This document shows positions 1-7,439 of a stretch of DNA of 17,604 bases, one piece after another; positions within the stretch are counted from its first letter, which is position 1; each line of letters opens with the position of its first letter. Origin of the DNA: a virus. Location of the stretch: IMG/VR virus record IMGVR_UViG_3300021400_000219, positions 121,970 through 139,573 of that record; one strand, given 5' to 3'. Position numbers and translations under genes: made by a program. Below the pieces are notes generated by a model, which was not told the DNA's origin, did no database searches, and was given only the letters and a program-made list of their open reading frames with translations.

Positions 1-367
1 CTTCATCAAATACAGTCTGACTAGCGTTAGTGATAGCCTTGGAAATTTCAGAAGCAAAGTCAACTACATCATCAGTCAGAATATTATCCAGATATTCATC
101 AGTGACAAACTTTGCAGCGGGGTCATCATCAATAGCTCGCAGTGCCTTCATGCTTGCGAGCAGGAGCTTCTTCATCTTATCTCTATCACTGGCCGCATCC
201 TCTTCCTTCTTTCTCTTGGCTTCAGCCTCTTCCCTATGATACTGTGCCTTGGCAATAGCGATTGCATCTTCAACAGAATCTTCAATAGCAACTACAGCAT
301 AACCCTCTCTAAAAGCTTCAAGCAGAACAGGAGTAAGCTTTGCAGTCAATTCATATCTATCAATCAT
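1..367 (-). CDS. Hypothetical protein, partial (N-terminal 122 aa seen; runs off the window start). Acidic and helical, with a KRKKEED stretch
   Basis: The minus-strand reading frame is open from the ATG at 365-367 to position 1 with no stop; I translated it by hand. A promoter lies upstream (TTGATT-17-TATAAT at 402-430). The competing plus ORF 30..239 is Ser-rich and low-complexity and runs against the uniform minus-strand organisation. Confidence 0.55.
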   Translation of the reverse strand, partial: MIDRYELTAKLTPVLLEAFREGYAVVAIEDSVEDAIAIAKAQYHREEAEAKRKKEEDAASDRDKMKKLLLASMKALRAIDDDPAAKFVTDEYLDNILTDDVVDFASEISKAITNASQTVFDE

Positions 368-401
368 TTATTTATCATATCCTTTCTCATTTTCTATATA
401 T

Positions 402-430
402 ATTATAACAAAAATTTTTTTGAAAATCAA
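402..430 (-). promoter_or_regulatory. Sigma-A-type promoter TTGATT-17-TATAAT for gene 1..367
   Basis: Hexamers and spacing read directly from the sequence. Confidence 0.5.
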
Positions 431-900
431 TAAAAACATTTAAAAAGGTAGTGAAATTGCCGAGCAAGATTTTCTCACGGAGAAACACTCATAAAGAGGT
501 AAAACGATATTAAATTGTAGGTTAAAAATGAAGCTTGGTAATCACCCCAGAGCAACCTCAGAAACGAGAAAATTTGAGGATTTGCTTTTTATAAAAATAT
601 ATAGTATAATATAAATGGGGGTAGTATCTTTACCGAGCACGTGGATTAGTATAATATACTATTTAATTAAATAAAATAACGTATAAAGTTTAGTTAAAAA
701 GTTATTTAATTTGATTTATTTTATTAAATATTTTATAATATAATGGGGAAATATTATTATTTTTTTAAAAAATAATAAAAATATCTAAGTATTATTATAT
801 ATAATAATATCTTTTTTATTTTATTATACCAAAAATTTTTTTAAAAATCAAATTTTTTTGTGTTTCCGATCGGAAAAAATAGTTTTTTTTAATATTATAA
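420..900. repeat. Extremely AT-rich block of about 480 bp, including a 20-bp perfect palindrome (TATTATTATATATAATAATA) and three GAAAATCAA repeats
   Basis: Base composition and repeats are visible by eye. No ORFs. Confidence 0.6.
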
Positions 901-924
901 CATATTTTTTTATGAAAATCAAAT

Positions 925-1120
925 CGGTAATAGGTGCGCGTGTGAGCTAAAACCGTGCATATGGGGTGTTGTTAAACCGGTCGGATTTGTGTTAGAAAAA
1001 GTTGCATATGAGATTGTGTTTTCGGGATTCGCGGGGGCGGCGCTGAAAGCCACTCGTGTGAGCAAAATTTTTGCATATGGGGGTCTTGTTCGGGCGCGCG
1101 GAAACGCCGCCAGCACACGC
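925..1120 (+). repeat. Three direct repeats of about 30 bp (CGTGTGAGC-N8-12-TGCATATGGGG-tgtt) in a GC-rich spacer. Iteron-like
   Basis: Copies at about 929-962, about 1003-1021 (partial) and about 1055-1092. They are adjacent to the AT-rich block. Confidence 0.45.
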
Positions 1121-1255
1121 CCGTGCGCCGGCGGTTCAAGGTGTGCCCTATTATGAGGGGTAAGCGTGTGAGCCCTTATAGCCTTAAAGGTATAAAGCTT
1201 TAAAGCTTTAAAGGTCTAGTTTTGCCCGGGCGAATTAGCGCAGGCTAACCGCAGG

Positions 1256-1292
1256 TAAAAATTAAACCCCCAGGGGTTTGGACCCCCTGGGG
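1256..1292 (-). terminator. Intrinsic terminator of the non-coding transcript
   Basis: 9-bp GC stem (CCCCAGGGG/CCCCTGGGG) followed by UUUAAUUUUU on the minus strand. Confidence 0.6.
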
Positions 1293-1586
1293 TAGGACCA
1301 TTTTTTGGCAGGTTGGTGTCCCTTCCACCTACGCTTGTTAAATAAATCCAGTAGGATACATGGTATCACCTCCATAGTATTTGAAACCACTCTTTGGCGG
1401 GCTGGCTTCTACTCCCATTCTATTACGTAAATCCAGAGTAATACATTTCTAAATCACCTCAACAATAATTTTTAATTCTTTAGTGTTTCGCTAGACGAAA
1501 CCTGTGGGGAACCTACGCATGGCCCTCTCTCCCTTCCTAGTCTATTCCGCAGGGGAGGTTTGGCGCCTTGCCCTCTCCCTTGGAAC
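1262..1586 (-). ncRNA. Candidate about 320-nt non-coding transcript bounded by a promoter and a terminator. It has a conserved leader (AUAAUUGUUCCAAGGGAGAGGG), a GTTTCG-tcta-CGAAAC tetraloop hairpin, and two tandem 7-codon mini-ORFs
   Basis: Promoter TTGACA-17-TATACT at 1593-1621 on the minus strand. Intrinsic terminator: hairpin CCCCAGGGG-N-CCCCTGGGG at 1267-1292 followed by UUUAAUUUUU. No ORF above 7 codons. Mini-ORFs MYYSGFT* and MYPTGFI* are each preceded by GAGGTGAT or GGAGGTGATACC. Confidence 0.5.
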
Positions 1587-1713
1587 AATTATAGTATAAC
1601 AGATAGGGCCGTATTTGTCAAGGGGTTTTTGAAAAAAATTTAATGGAATTTTCTGGAAGTTGCGCCCGGGCGCGTTAGCCTAAGCTAACTCCCAGATAAA
1701 GGGAAAGCGGGGA

Positions 1714-2082
1714 TTACTCCCCGCTAACCGCCTTGAAATAGGTGGTGCGCTTCTCCTGCACCTTCTCCACAGTGCCAGCCTCAACCATCTGCCGAAGCAG
1801 AGCCGAAGCCCACTGGGAGGACTTGCCAAAGTTGGCACCCACATCCTTAGCCTGCCGCAGGAGGTTGGGGTCCTCCATCAGGAAATCCAGAATCTGGACC
1901 TTGAACCCCTCGTTCTCCAGCTGCTTCTTGGAAGGCTTGCGCTCACCCTTGGAGCTGTTGCGCTTCTGGTAAGAAGCCTTGCAAGCCTCCAGCTTCTCCA
2001 CAACCTCAGCATCGAAGTTGTTGCGGGACAGGAAGTCAATGGCGGAAGTCAGAGCGTCCACATAAGTCATCTTGGTAGCCAT
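1714..2082 (-). CDS. Family A winged-helix-like DNA-binding protein, paralog 1 of 4 (122 aa)
   Basis: ORF-track frame. The C-terminal 60 aa read as helix-turn-helix plus wing (ILDFL...SQWASALLRQMVEAGTVEKVQEKRTTYFKA). An SD site (AGAAAGGA) sits 8 nt before the ATG. The TAA stop lies in the loop of the AGCGGGGA/TCCCCGCT hairpin. Two promoters lie upstream. Confidence 0.75.
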   Translation of the reverse strand: MATKMTYVDALTSAIDFLSRNNFDAEVVEKLEACKASYQKRNSSKGERKPSKKQLENEGFKVQILDFLMEDPNLLRQAKDVGANFGKSSQWASALLRQMVEAGTVEKVQEKRTTYFKAVSGE

Positions 2083-2132
2083 AGTATCAATCCTTTCTGG
2101 TTTGGGAGGTTTTCCTTCCTCTTTATGTATTT

Positions 2133-2161
2133 ATTGTATCACAGGTTTGAGGGTTTGTCAA
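2133..2161 (-). promoter_or_regulatory. Proximal promoter TTGACA-17-TGnTACAAT for family A gene 1714..2082. A distal TTGACT-17-TATACT promoter lies at 2233-2261
   Basis: Consensus hexamers and an extended -10 TG. Confidence 0.6.
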
Positions 2162-2321
2162 GACCTTTTTTTGATTTTTTTGAAAATCTTTTTTCGGCCT
2201 TGGCCGTTGTCCCTCTCCCTTGGAACAATTATAGTATAGCAGAAGGGGGGCCAAAAGTCAATTACAAAGTAGAAACAAAATGGTTACAATTTGGTTACAG
2301 GCGCCCGGGCGGAAAACTGCA

Positions 2322-2597
2322 TCAAGCGTGATGCAATTTTCCATCAACGACATAAGTTATACTTTCAAGGCCATCATACTCATCAATTTCCCAGTCGGTA
2401 CAGTTGTCAGGAAGGTCTACCATCACAAGGTTTGCGGTGTAGCCAGAAATATCTTTAGAACCATACTCGTGCATTAACATGATTAAACGCTCATCAGTGC
2501 GTTCAATCATGGCGTAAGGATGTTTCAGACCCAGCTTGTTACAAGCCATAGGAGAAAGAGAAAAACCACCATAGCATTTATTCAACACAATCTTCAT
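2322..2597 (-). CDS. Hypothetical protein (91 aa)
   Basis: ORF-track frame. GAAGGAGGT sits 8 nt before the ATG. Promoter TTGACT-17-TATATT at 2629-2657. Confidence 0.7.
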   Translation of the reverse strand: MKIVLNKCYGGFSLSPMACNKLGLKHPYAMIERTDERLIMLMHEYGSKDISGYTANLVMVDLPDNCTDWEIDEYDGLESITYVVDGKLHHA

Positions 2598-2698
2598 TTG
2601 AAGTTACCTCCTTCGTTTCTGTAATTATAATATACCACAGTATTCGCTAATAGTCAAGTTACATTTTGGTTACAGAAATGCCCGGGCGCTTCACTGCG

Positions 2699-2839
2699 CT
2701 AAAGCAGTGAAGAACGCCATTTTATTTTCCAGCAATACCAAAACTTAAAAATATTATACGGTTTTACCCCCATCAAATACGCCCCCTTTTTATGCACTTT
2801 ATACGCATCAAAAAACTTTCTTTCAATAATCTTTCTCAT
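2699..2839 (-). CDS. Small hypothetical protein (46 aa, MRKIIERKFFDAYKVHKKGAYLMGVKPYNIFKFWYCWKIKWRSSLL). Probably translationally coupled to the upstream exonuclease gene
   Basis: Not in the ORF track because it is under 60 aa. The ATG lies 4 nt after the exonuclease TAA, with AAGGGGGAA 8 nt upstream. The TAG stop sits in the loop of the CTTCACTGC/GCAGTGAAG hairpin immediately before GCCCGGGCG, which matches the cassette rule seen elsewhere. Confidence 0.4.
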   Translation of the reverse strand: MRKIIERKFFDAYKVHKKGAYLMGVKPYNIFKFWYCWKIKWRSSLL

Positions 2840-2843
2840 TTAT

Positions 2844-3536
2844 TTATTCCCCCTTTAGAGCCTTTCTATAAACCTGAACTTTACGCCAGCAATTATAAGA
2901 AATAGAATCATCAAAATCAAGGCCAGATTTAATAATTTTCATGTAAATCTGTCTTTCAATGTCCACATCTTCAAGCCCTGTATGTTCTTCAATAAAATCA
3001 GTATTATTAGTGATAAATCTATACGCAATTTCTGCGCTAGTTTGTACGTTGCCACAATCAGAAATAAATCCGTTGCGTTCTGCATAGTTAATAAAAGCGG
3101 GGGTTTTCAAAATAGAACTGCAAGCCATGTTCCAGATGCAAAAATATTCAGTATTATAAGGGAAAAACCAGCGGATAAAAGAACAAGTGATAAAACGTGC
3201 ATCATTATTTGTGGCCCGCTTGTCAAAGCCCATATTATACGCCCCTACTTTATAGGCGTTATACTCTCTCATGTCCGCCCACAAAATACGCCGAATATTT
3301 AACAGCTTTTTCAGGGTTCTTTTACCCTCTTTAATCTGCTCCCAATACTGCGGAATCTTTTCCGCAAAATAAGCGTTCTGCATCATTTCCTTATCAAGGA
3401 AAATTTCAGCCACAACGAAAGAACGCTCGACCAAAATCTCACCAGTGGTATTATCCACAATCTGGTAGCCCACATCATAGGGCAAAGGCTGTTCCACACA
3501 GTTGGCAGTCTCAGTATCAATAATCAGAATATTCAT
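2844..3536 (-). CDS. DEDDh-family (DnaQ-like) 3'-5' exonuclease (230 aa)
   Basis: Exo I motif ILIIDTETAN near the N-terminus and an H-x4-D motif (EHTGLEDVD) near the C-terminus. I set the start to the ATG at 3534-3536, which is preceded by GGGAATTGATACT. The N-terminal extension in the track is a translated promoter and leader. Promoter TTGCAA-16-TATAAT at 3592-3619. Confidence 0.65.
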   Translation of the reverse strand: MNILIIDTETANCVEQPLPYDVGYQIVDNTTGEILVERSFVVAEIFLDKEMMQNAYFAEKIPQYWEQIKEGKRTLKKLLNIRRILWADMREYNAYKVGAYNMGFDKRATNNDARFITCSFIRWFFPYNTEYFCIWNMACSSILKTPAFINYAERNGFISDCGNVQTSAEIAYRFITNNTDFIEEHTGLEDVDIERQIYMKIIKSGLDFDDSISYNCWRKVQVYRKALKGE

Positions 3537-3699
3537 AGTATCAATTCCCTTCTTTTTTTTCTTGGGGTTTCTGACCCCCTCAACAATTATTATTATAGCA
3601 GGTTTTTTGAAAATTGCAAGATGGTAAATTGCACAAAATGCGCAGGTAGTTTTTGTGCAAAATGCCGGGGCGCCCGGGCGGGAGTTAGCCGCAGCTAAC

Positions 3700-3834
3700 T
3701 CACCATGTATGCGTGTCAATGTATTCCACAAAATACCATGCAGGCATACAAAGATAATAAATACCTAACAGAAACAGGGCCGCAATAAGCTTAAAGGGAA
3801 ACAGAATATAATTTTTAATACGCTTTTTATTCAT
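3700..3834 (-). CDS. Small predicted membrane protein (44 aa, MNKKRIKNYILFPFKLIAALFLLGIYYLCMPAWYFVEYIDTHTW)
   Basis: I translated it by hand; it is under the track threshold. AAAGGA sits 9 nt before the ATG. One hydrophobic transmembrane-like segment. The TGA stop directly abuts the GTTAGCCGCAGCTAAC palindrome and GCCCGGGCG. Confidence 0.45.
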   Translation of the reverse strand: MNKKRIKNYILFPFKLIAALFLLGIYYLCMPAWYFVEYIDTHTW

Positions 3835-3878
3835 TTTTATTTATCCTTTCTTTTGGAATAATAGGGGGCTTGCGCCCC

Positions 3879-4229
3879 CTACTTTCTTTTTTGCGTCAAT
3901 GTCAACTCAAACTTCTTTCCGTCAACCTCAAAAGCAATAACTCTTTCCTTGTTAGTGATTTCAAGGTTATCAACGGAGTTAGTCAGAAAGTTAGCAATTT
4001 CCGCAATCAAATGGCCTTTGGTTTCGTTGGGTTTTCTTTCCCTTTTGGTGAATTTGTAAGCCGTAGGCTTTCTGTCTGCCTGCCTTGCTTTCTTTTCCAC
4101 CTTTTTCTGTTCAGCCGTCAAGGGGAACGGGTCTGCGCCCTTGTCGATTTCTTTATCAGTGGCAATGATTTCCATCGCTTCCTGTTCAGAAATATCAAGG
4201 ACTTTCATCAGTCTTTCCTTTTGGTTCAT
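3879..4229 (-). CDS. Family B protein, paralog 1 of 2 (116 aa), adjacent to a family A gene
   Basis: Start set to the internal ATG (codon 27 of the track ORF), which is preceded by AAGGGGTGATACC and promoter TTGACT-17-TATAAT at 4254-4282. Paralog of 9262..9615 with a shared KK..RQADRKP motif. The TAG stop is part of the TAGGGGGC/GCCCCCTA hairpin. Confidence 0.7.
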   Translation of the reverse strand: MNQKERLMKVLDISEQEAMEIIATDKEIDKGADPFPLTAEQKKVEKKARQADRKPTAYKFTKRERKPNETKGHLIAEIANFLTNSVDNLEITNKERVIAFEVDGKKFELTLTQKRK

Positions 4230-4253
4230 GGTATCACCCCTTCCTTGATTATT

Positions 4254-4282
4254 ATTATAAGGGATAGAGGGCCAAAAGTCAA
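4254..4282 (-). promoter_or_regulatory. Promoter TTGACT-17-TATAAT for family B gene 3879..4229
   Basis: Consensus hexamers. It is flanked upstream by two GTTAG/CTAAC palindromes and CCCGGG. Confidence 0.6.
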
Positions 4283-4363
4283 GATAAATTTGTTCGTCAA
4301 TTTGCACAAAAGTGGTTAGTATAGGCTAACCGCACCCGGGAGAGTTAGTGTGCGCTAACTTCC

Positions 4364-4392
4364 AGAAAAAGGAAAAGGCCCCACATGGGGCC
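4364..4392 (-). terminator. Intrinsic terminator after family A gene 4399..4761
   Basis: GGCCCCauguGGGGCC followed by UUUUCCUUUUUCU. Confidence 0.65.
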
Positions 4393-4398
4393 TAATCC

Positions 4399-4761
4399 TC
4401 AAATGTCCATGGCCTTGAAGTAGGTGACACGCTTGTCAACATACTTGTCAACCATGCCGTTGAGATACAGGGTGCGGAGCAGACCGCTCACCCGCTGGCT
4501 GGTAGCATCTGCCAGCTCAGGCACCCCAGCGCAAATCTCAGAGATGCGGAAACCCTTGTCCGAATCATCCCGCAGGAAATCCAGAATCTTGGAGCGAATG
4601 GCATCGTTTTCCACCTGCTTGGCGGAAGGCTTGCGCTCAGCCGTGGACTTCTTGGCAAAGCCCTCGGCAATCTTTTCCAGCTTCTCCCGCAGGGCAGTTT
4701 CCTCAGCAGGGACGAAAGTCAGGGCCATCTCAATAGCAGTCTTATTAGTCAGCTTAGTCAT
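4399..4761 (-). CDS. Family A winged-helix-like DNA-binding protein, paralog 2 (120 aa)
   Basis: Start set to the ATG at 4759-4761, preceded by AGTGAGTGATACT; the identical context occurs at paralog 4. Promoter TTGACA-17-TATAAT at 4831-4859, with a second promoter TTGCAA-16-TATAAT at 4961-4988. A strong intrinsic terminator (GGCCCCatgtGGGGCC plus UUUUCCUUUUUCU) follows directly after the TGA. Confidence 0.75.
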   Translation of the reverse strand: MTKLTNKTAIEMALTFVPAEETALREKLEKIAEGFAKKSTAERKPSAKQVENDAIRSKILDFLRDDSDKGFRISEICAGVPELADATSQRVSGLLRTLYLNGMVDKYVDKRVTYFKAMDI

Positions 4762-5037
4762 AGTATCACTCACTTTCTCCGTTTTAACGAGTTCGGCTCT
4801 CAATCTTTTGTTTTCCTTTACTGTACTTGTATTATAGCACAGCTTGGGGAGTTTGTCAAGAGGTTTTGAAAACTTTTTTCGGATTATTTTACACCGACCA
4901 TTAACTCTCAAGGAGTGGCTCTCTTTCGCTCGCCGTCCCCAACCCCTCTTGACATTTATTATTATAGCAGATTTCTCCCAAATTGCAAGATGGGATTTTG
5001 CACAAATTAGATTAACTTCTTTTGGTTAAAATGTCAA

Positions 5038-5066
5038 TAGACAAGCGCATGTTTTTGTGATAAAAT
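5038..5066 (+). promoter_or_regulatory. Plus-strand promoter TAGACA-17-TGaTAAAAT. It fires convergently toward the 3' end of gene 5171..5458 and into GC-rich element A
   Basis: Hexamers and spacing. A TTGCACAA box sits upstream, and a divergent minus promoter (TTGCAA-16-TATAAT at 4961-4988) sits back-to-back with it. Confidence 0.45.
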
Positions 5067-5069
5067 TAG

Positions 5070-5145
5070 TGGGGGGTCTGCGCGCGGCGGCACCGGCCGT
5101 TATCGGGACGCGCGTGTGTGTGCGTGTGTCGCTTTAAAGAGCTAA
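5070..5145 (+). repeat. GC-rich element A, with alternating purine-pyrimidine runs: GCGCGCG...CCGGCCGTTA...CGCGCGTGTGTGTGCGTGTGTCGC...CTTTAAAG..CTAAAG
   Basis: One of five related copies. The others are at about 1085-1215, 10410-10480, 14045-14125 and 16950-17040. Each ends in CCCGGG or the gene-end hairpin. Confidence 0.55.
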
Positions 5146-5170
5146 AGCGCCCGGGAGAGTTAGCGAGGGC

Positions 5171-5458
5171 TTACCCCTCGCTCGTATCTACTCCCAGAAT
5201 AATCAACAGACTACAGATAGTGCCCCACGCATGGACGCCCATGTCCTCAGGGATTGCATCCCACACATCAGGATACAGACGGCGCACACCAGAGAGAAGC
5301 ATCCCGCCCCAGTTACCACCGCAAGCGGTACACAAGTCAAGGAAATCTTTAAAACTCATTTTAGTTTTCTGCGCCATGCACGCATAGACAACAACTTCAT
5401 CGCCCCACTCGTTCCGCACAGTATCAAGGGCTTCCATGAAATCAGAATGAAGAATCAT
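5171..5458 (-). CDS. Hypothetical protein (95 aa)
   Basis: Its start overlaps the stop of the upstream small basic gene (ATGA overlap at 5455-5458), with AAAGGAG 8 nt upstream. The TAA stop is in the loop of the CGAGGG/CCTCG hairpin. Confidence 0.65.
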   Translation of the reverse strand: MILHSDFMEALDTVRNEWGDEVVVYACMAQKTKMSFKDFLDLCTACGGNWGGMLLSGVRRLYPDVWDAIPEDMGVHAWGTICSLLIILGVDTSEG

Positions 5459-5601
5459 CTTGCACACTCCTTTCTCAAATCAGCTTTCAGATGGTGGCGA
5501 GCCATCCGCCGACAACTTCTCTTAATGTTTCTGTTGGAATAGGAATCAGTCCAGTAACGCCCACGGCGCAGACCCACACTCTTAGCCTTGAAGTTATTCA
5601 T
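5455..5601 (-). CDS. Small, very basic protein (48 aa, R/K-rich), possibly nucleic-acid binding
   Basis: Internal ATG of track ORF 5455..5673, preceded by AGAGGGAGGAA. Promoter TTGACA-17-TATACT at 5632-5660. First gene of a two-gene operon. Confidence 0.55.
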   Translation of the reverse strand: MNNFKAKSVGLRRGRYWTDSYSNRNIKRSCRRMARHHLKADLRKECAR

Positions 5602-5716
5602 TGCTTTGTTCCTCCCTCTTGGATTGTCTATAGTATAGCAGATAATCAGGGATTTGTCAATACTTTTGGACAAAAAAGTTTAAGGAAATATTTTCCAGGG
5701 CCCGGGCACTTGGAAA

Positions 5717-5995
5717 TTACTCCCAAGTCCCTTCCAGATAAAGCTGGATAATTCTAGTAGCCATTTTCTTGGGCTCCAGCATAGTCACGTCATCCTCATC
5801 CCAAGGGAACTGATAGGATTCAACCATTCCCTTGTCACTCCCATAGGTACCAGCATGACAAGCAACATCACCTTCATGCCAAGGGAAACGCAACTGCATC
5901 CCTTCAAAAATAGGATTAACAGTGAAAGGAACGCTTGCAAAAGTCAGGCAGGCAATCACAGCATTAATAGCATCAGTATACTTGTTAGTGAACAT
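5717..5995 (-). CDS. Hypothetical protein (92 aa)
   Basis: Start at the ATG at 5993-5995, preceded by AAAGGAGGAA. Promoter TTGACA-17-TACAAT at 6026-6054 with a short conserved leader (GACTACAGTAAAACAAAGGAGG). The TAA stop is in the loop of the ACTTGG/CCAAGT hairpin. Confidence 0.7.
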   Translation of the reverse strand: MFTNKYTDAINAVIACLTFASVPFTVNPIFEGMQLRFPWHEGDVACHAGTYGSDKGMVESYQFPWDEDDVTMLEPKKMATRIIQLYLEGTWE

Positions 5996-6025
5996 TTTTT
6001 GTTCCTCCTTTGTTTTACTGTAGTC

Positions 6026-6054
6026 ATTGTACCACATGGTAAAGCATTTGTCAA
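6026..6054 (-). promoter_or_regulatory. Promoter TTGACA-17-TGgTACAAT with an upstream UP-like element (AATTCCATTAAATTTTTTTGAAAAA)
   Basis: Hexamers and spacing. The same roughly 50-bp upstream module recurs at 1625-1665, 6583-6635, 7351-7395, 8589-8633 and 9181-9225. Confidence 0.65.
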
Positions 6055-6115
6055 TAGGTTTTTCAAAAAAATTTAATGGAATTTTTTTCCAGTTACCCGG
6101 GCGTGTGCTGGAAAT

Positions 6116-6295
6116 TTATTCCAGCACTTCCACCTCTTCCCAATCCCAAAACTCTTCATTAGGATTCCAGAATGTGGCAAAATCATCACATTCATCAATG
6201 GCAGAAACTCCCAGTTTACAGCGTCCATCCTTTTCCCAGTAGGGACAATCCCAGCCGTTGACAGTGCAGTAAATAACCATTCTTTTTTCTTTCAT
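6116..6295 (-). CDS. Small Cys-rich acidic protein (59 aa, C-x6-C-x8-C-x9-C), possibly metal-binding
   Basis: Under the track threshold. Its ATG overlaps the TGA of gene 6292..6504 as an ATGA overlap. GGAAAGTGATACA sits before the ATG. The TAA stop is in the loop of the GCTGGAA/TTCCAGC hairpin next to CCCGGGCG. Confidence 0.5.
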   Translation of the reverse strand: MKEKRMVIYCTVNGWDCPYWEKDGRCKLGVSAIDECDDFATFWNPNEEFWDWEEVEVLE

Positions 6296-6504
6296 TGTAT
6301 CACTTTCCTTTCTTCAAGTTCACAATCTTCACGAGTCATTAGATAATCAAACTCTTTCAAGCACTCATAGTTTCCCGCAAGCGCATACTCTACAATATCT
6401 CTTGCAGTAGTCCAAGCAATGTAGTTTTCAGCATCGCAATGGTCAATCCTTGCATCAAAGATGTGGCGCAGGGTATCCACAATTTCAGACGAGATAATAT
6501 ACAC
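6292..6504 (-). CDS. Hypothetical protein (70 aa, GTG start)
   Basis: ORF-track frame. GGAAGGTGATACATT precedes the GTG. Promoter TTGACA-17-TATACT at 6554-6582 with the conserved leader UUGUUCCAAGGGAAGG. Confidence 0.55.
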   Translation of the reverse strand: MYIISSEIVDTLRHIFDARIDHCDAENYIAWTTARDIVEYALAGNYECLKEFDYLMTREDCELEERKVIQ

Positions 6505-6647
6505 AATGTATCACCTTCCTATTGGATTTGTTTCCTTCCCTTGGAACAACTATAGTATAGCACAGCAGAGGGTCTTTGTCAATACTAAATTGAAAAAAAT
6601 TTGATGGAATTTTTGGAAATGTTTTCCAGTGCCCGGGTGATGGTGAC

Positions 6648-6827
6648 TTAGTCACCATCCCTTTCTTCAAATTCACATACAGGACAAATAAAATCTCTAA
6701 AGTCTTCCTCTTCCCAATCAGATTCATAGATAGGCTCGCCGCACTCGGGACAATTATAAAATCGTTCATCCCAATTTACGAAACCGCCGAATACATTTTC
6801 AACAATCTTTGCATTCAGTTCCCACAT
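6648..6827 (-). CDS. Small zinc-ribbon-like acidic protein (59 aa, CPEC...CPVC, D/E-rich C-terminus)
   Basis: Internal ATG of track ORF 6648..6908, preceded by AAGGAGGT with 7 nt spacing. That SD site overlaps the stop of the upstream 34-aa peptide gene. The TAA stop is in the loop of the GGTGAC/GTCACC hairpin. Confidence 0.6.
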   Translation of the reverse strand: MWELNAKIVENVFGGFVNWDERFYNCPECGEPIYESDWEEEDFRDFICPVCEFEERDGD

Positions 6828-6840
6828 GGAATTTACCTCC

Positions 6841-6945
6841 TTACCAACCAAAAATCCGAGAGAGTATAACAAGTATTGCATCAAATACAGCTCCAATACC
6901 AATGGCACCCATAATCATCCAAAATAAAACATCCATGTCTTTCAT
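6841..6945 (-). CDS. Tiny hydrophobic membrane peptide (34 aa, MKDMDVLFWMIMGAIGIGAVFDAILVILSRIFGW)
   Basis: Hand translation. GAGGGAGGT sits 6 nt before the ATG. Promoter TTGACT-16-TATACT at 6975-7002 sits immediately upstream with no other ORF available. Single transmembrane segment. Confidence 0.45.
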   Translation of the reverse strand: MKDMDVLFWMIMGAIGIGAVFDAILVILSRIFGW

Positions 6946-7041
6946 GTTATTACCTCCCTCATTTCTGTAATTATAGTATACCACAAATTATCCAAAAGTC
7001 AAGTTACAATTTGGTTACAAACACCCGGGCGCGAAGGTGAC

Positions 7042-7281
7042 TTAGTCACCCTCATTCGTCTTCATTGGAAACAGGTCGTCCAGATTGGTAACACCTGGAA
7101 TAAATTCAGTAATAAAAGAAAAAGGTCTTGCTTCTGCCAATTCTACGTTGTCAATGTCCCACACATCATCAAAGGCTTCTTCGCACGGCGGGCGTAATCC
7201 CTTCCAAAATTTGGTTTCTGCTTCCTCTGCGGTTTCCGCTTCAATCATGCAATAACCAGAAAAATCAATGTACCATTTCAT
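7042..7281 (-). CDS. Small highly acidic protein (79 aa), candidate DNA-mimic or anti-defence protein
   Basis: ORF-track frame. AAAGGAG sits 9 nt before the ATG. Promoter TTGACA-17-TATACT at 7322-7350. The TAA stop is in the loop of the same GGTGAC-tta-GTCACC hairpin used by 6648..6827. Confidence 0.7.
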   Translation of the reverse strand: MKWYIDFSGYCMIEAETAEEAETKFWKGLRPPCEEAFDDVWDIDNVELAEARPFSFITEFIPGVTNLDDLFPMKTNEGD

Positions 7282-7321
7282 TAGATGATACTCCTTTCAT
7301 TTCTTTTCTTAGGTTGAGTAT

Positions 7322-7350
7322 AGTATAACACTTCACAGGGCATTTGTCAA
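7322..7350 (-). promoter_or_regulatory. Promoter TTGACA-17-TGtTATACT for acidic gene 7042..7281
   Basis: Consensus hexamers and an extended -10. Confidence 0.65.
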
Positions 7351-7439
7351 TAGAAAATTGAAAAAAATTTAATGGAATTTATTCCCATTTACCCGGGCGC
7401 GTTAGCTGCTGCTAACTCTGGAAGAAAAAGGAAGGGGGA

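Noticed and set aside
600-660. Small plus-strand ORFs in the AT-rich block (for example 19-aa and 28-aa ORFs near 526-660)
   Set aside because: They have no convincing SD site, they are low-complexity and AT-driven, and the region behaves as non-coding DNA.
1120-1160. Possible tRNA (GGTTCAAGG T-loop-like string) and tRNAs in the GC-rich segments
   Set aside because: No acceptor or anticodon arm can be built around the motif, and no cloverleaf is apparent. A GTTCGAAC string at 12786 is part of a palindrome, not a T-arm.
2844-3731. N-terminal 65-aa extension of the exonuclease ORF; likewise extensions on 3879..4307, 4399..4911, 10892..11431, 11486..11785, 14159..14383, 14610..14807, 13541..13816, 5455..5673, 5717..6037 and 8650..8997
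   Set aside because: The extensions read through the gene's own promoter and UP element. In one case they read through an upstream small gene in another frame. An internal ATG with a proper SD site and the conserved GATAC spacer gives a start consistent across paralogs.
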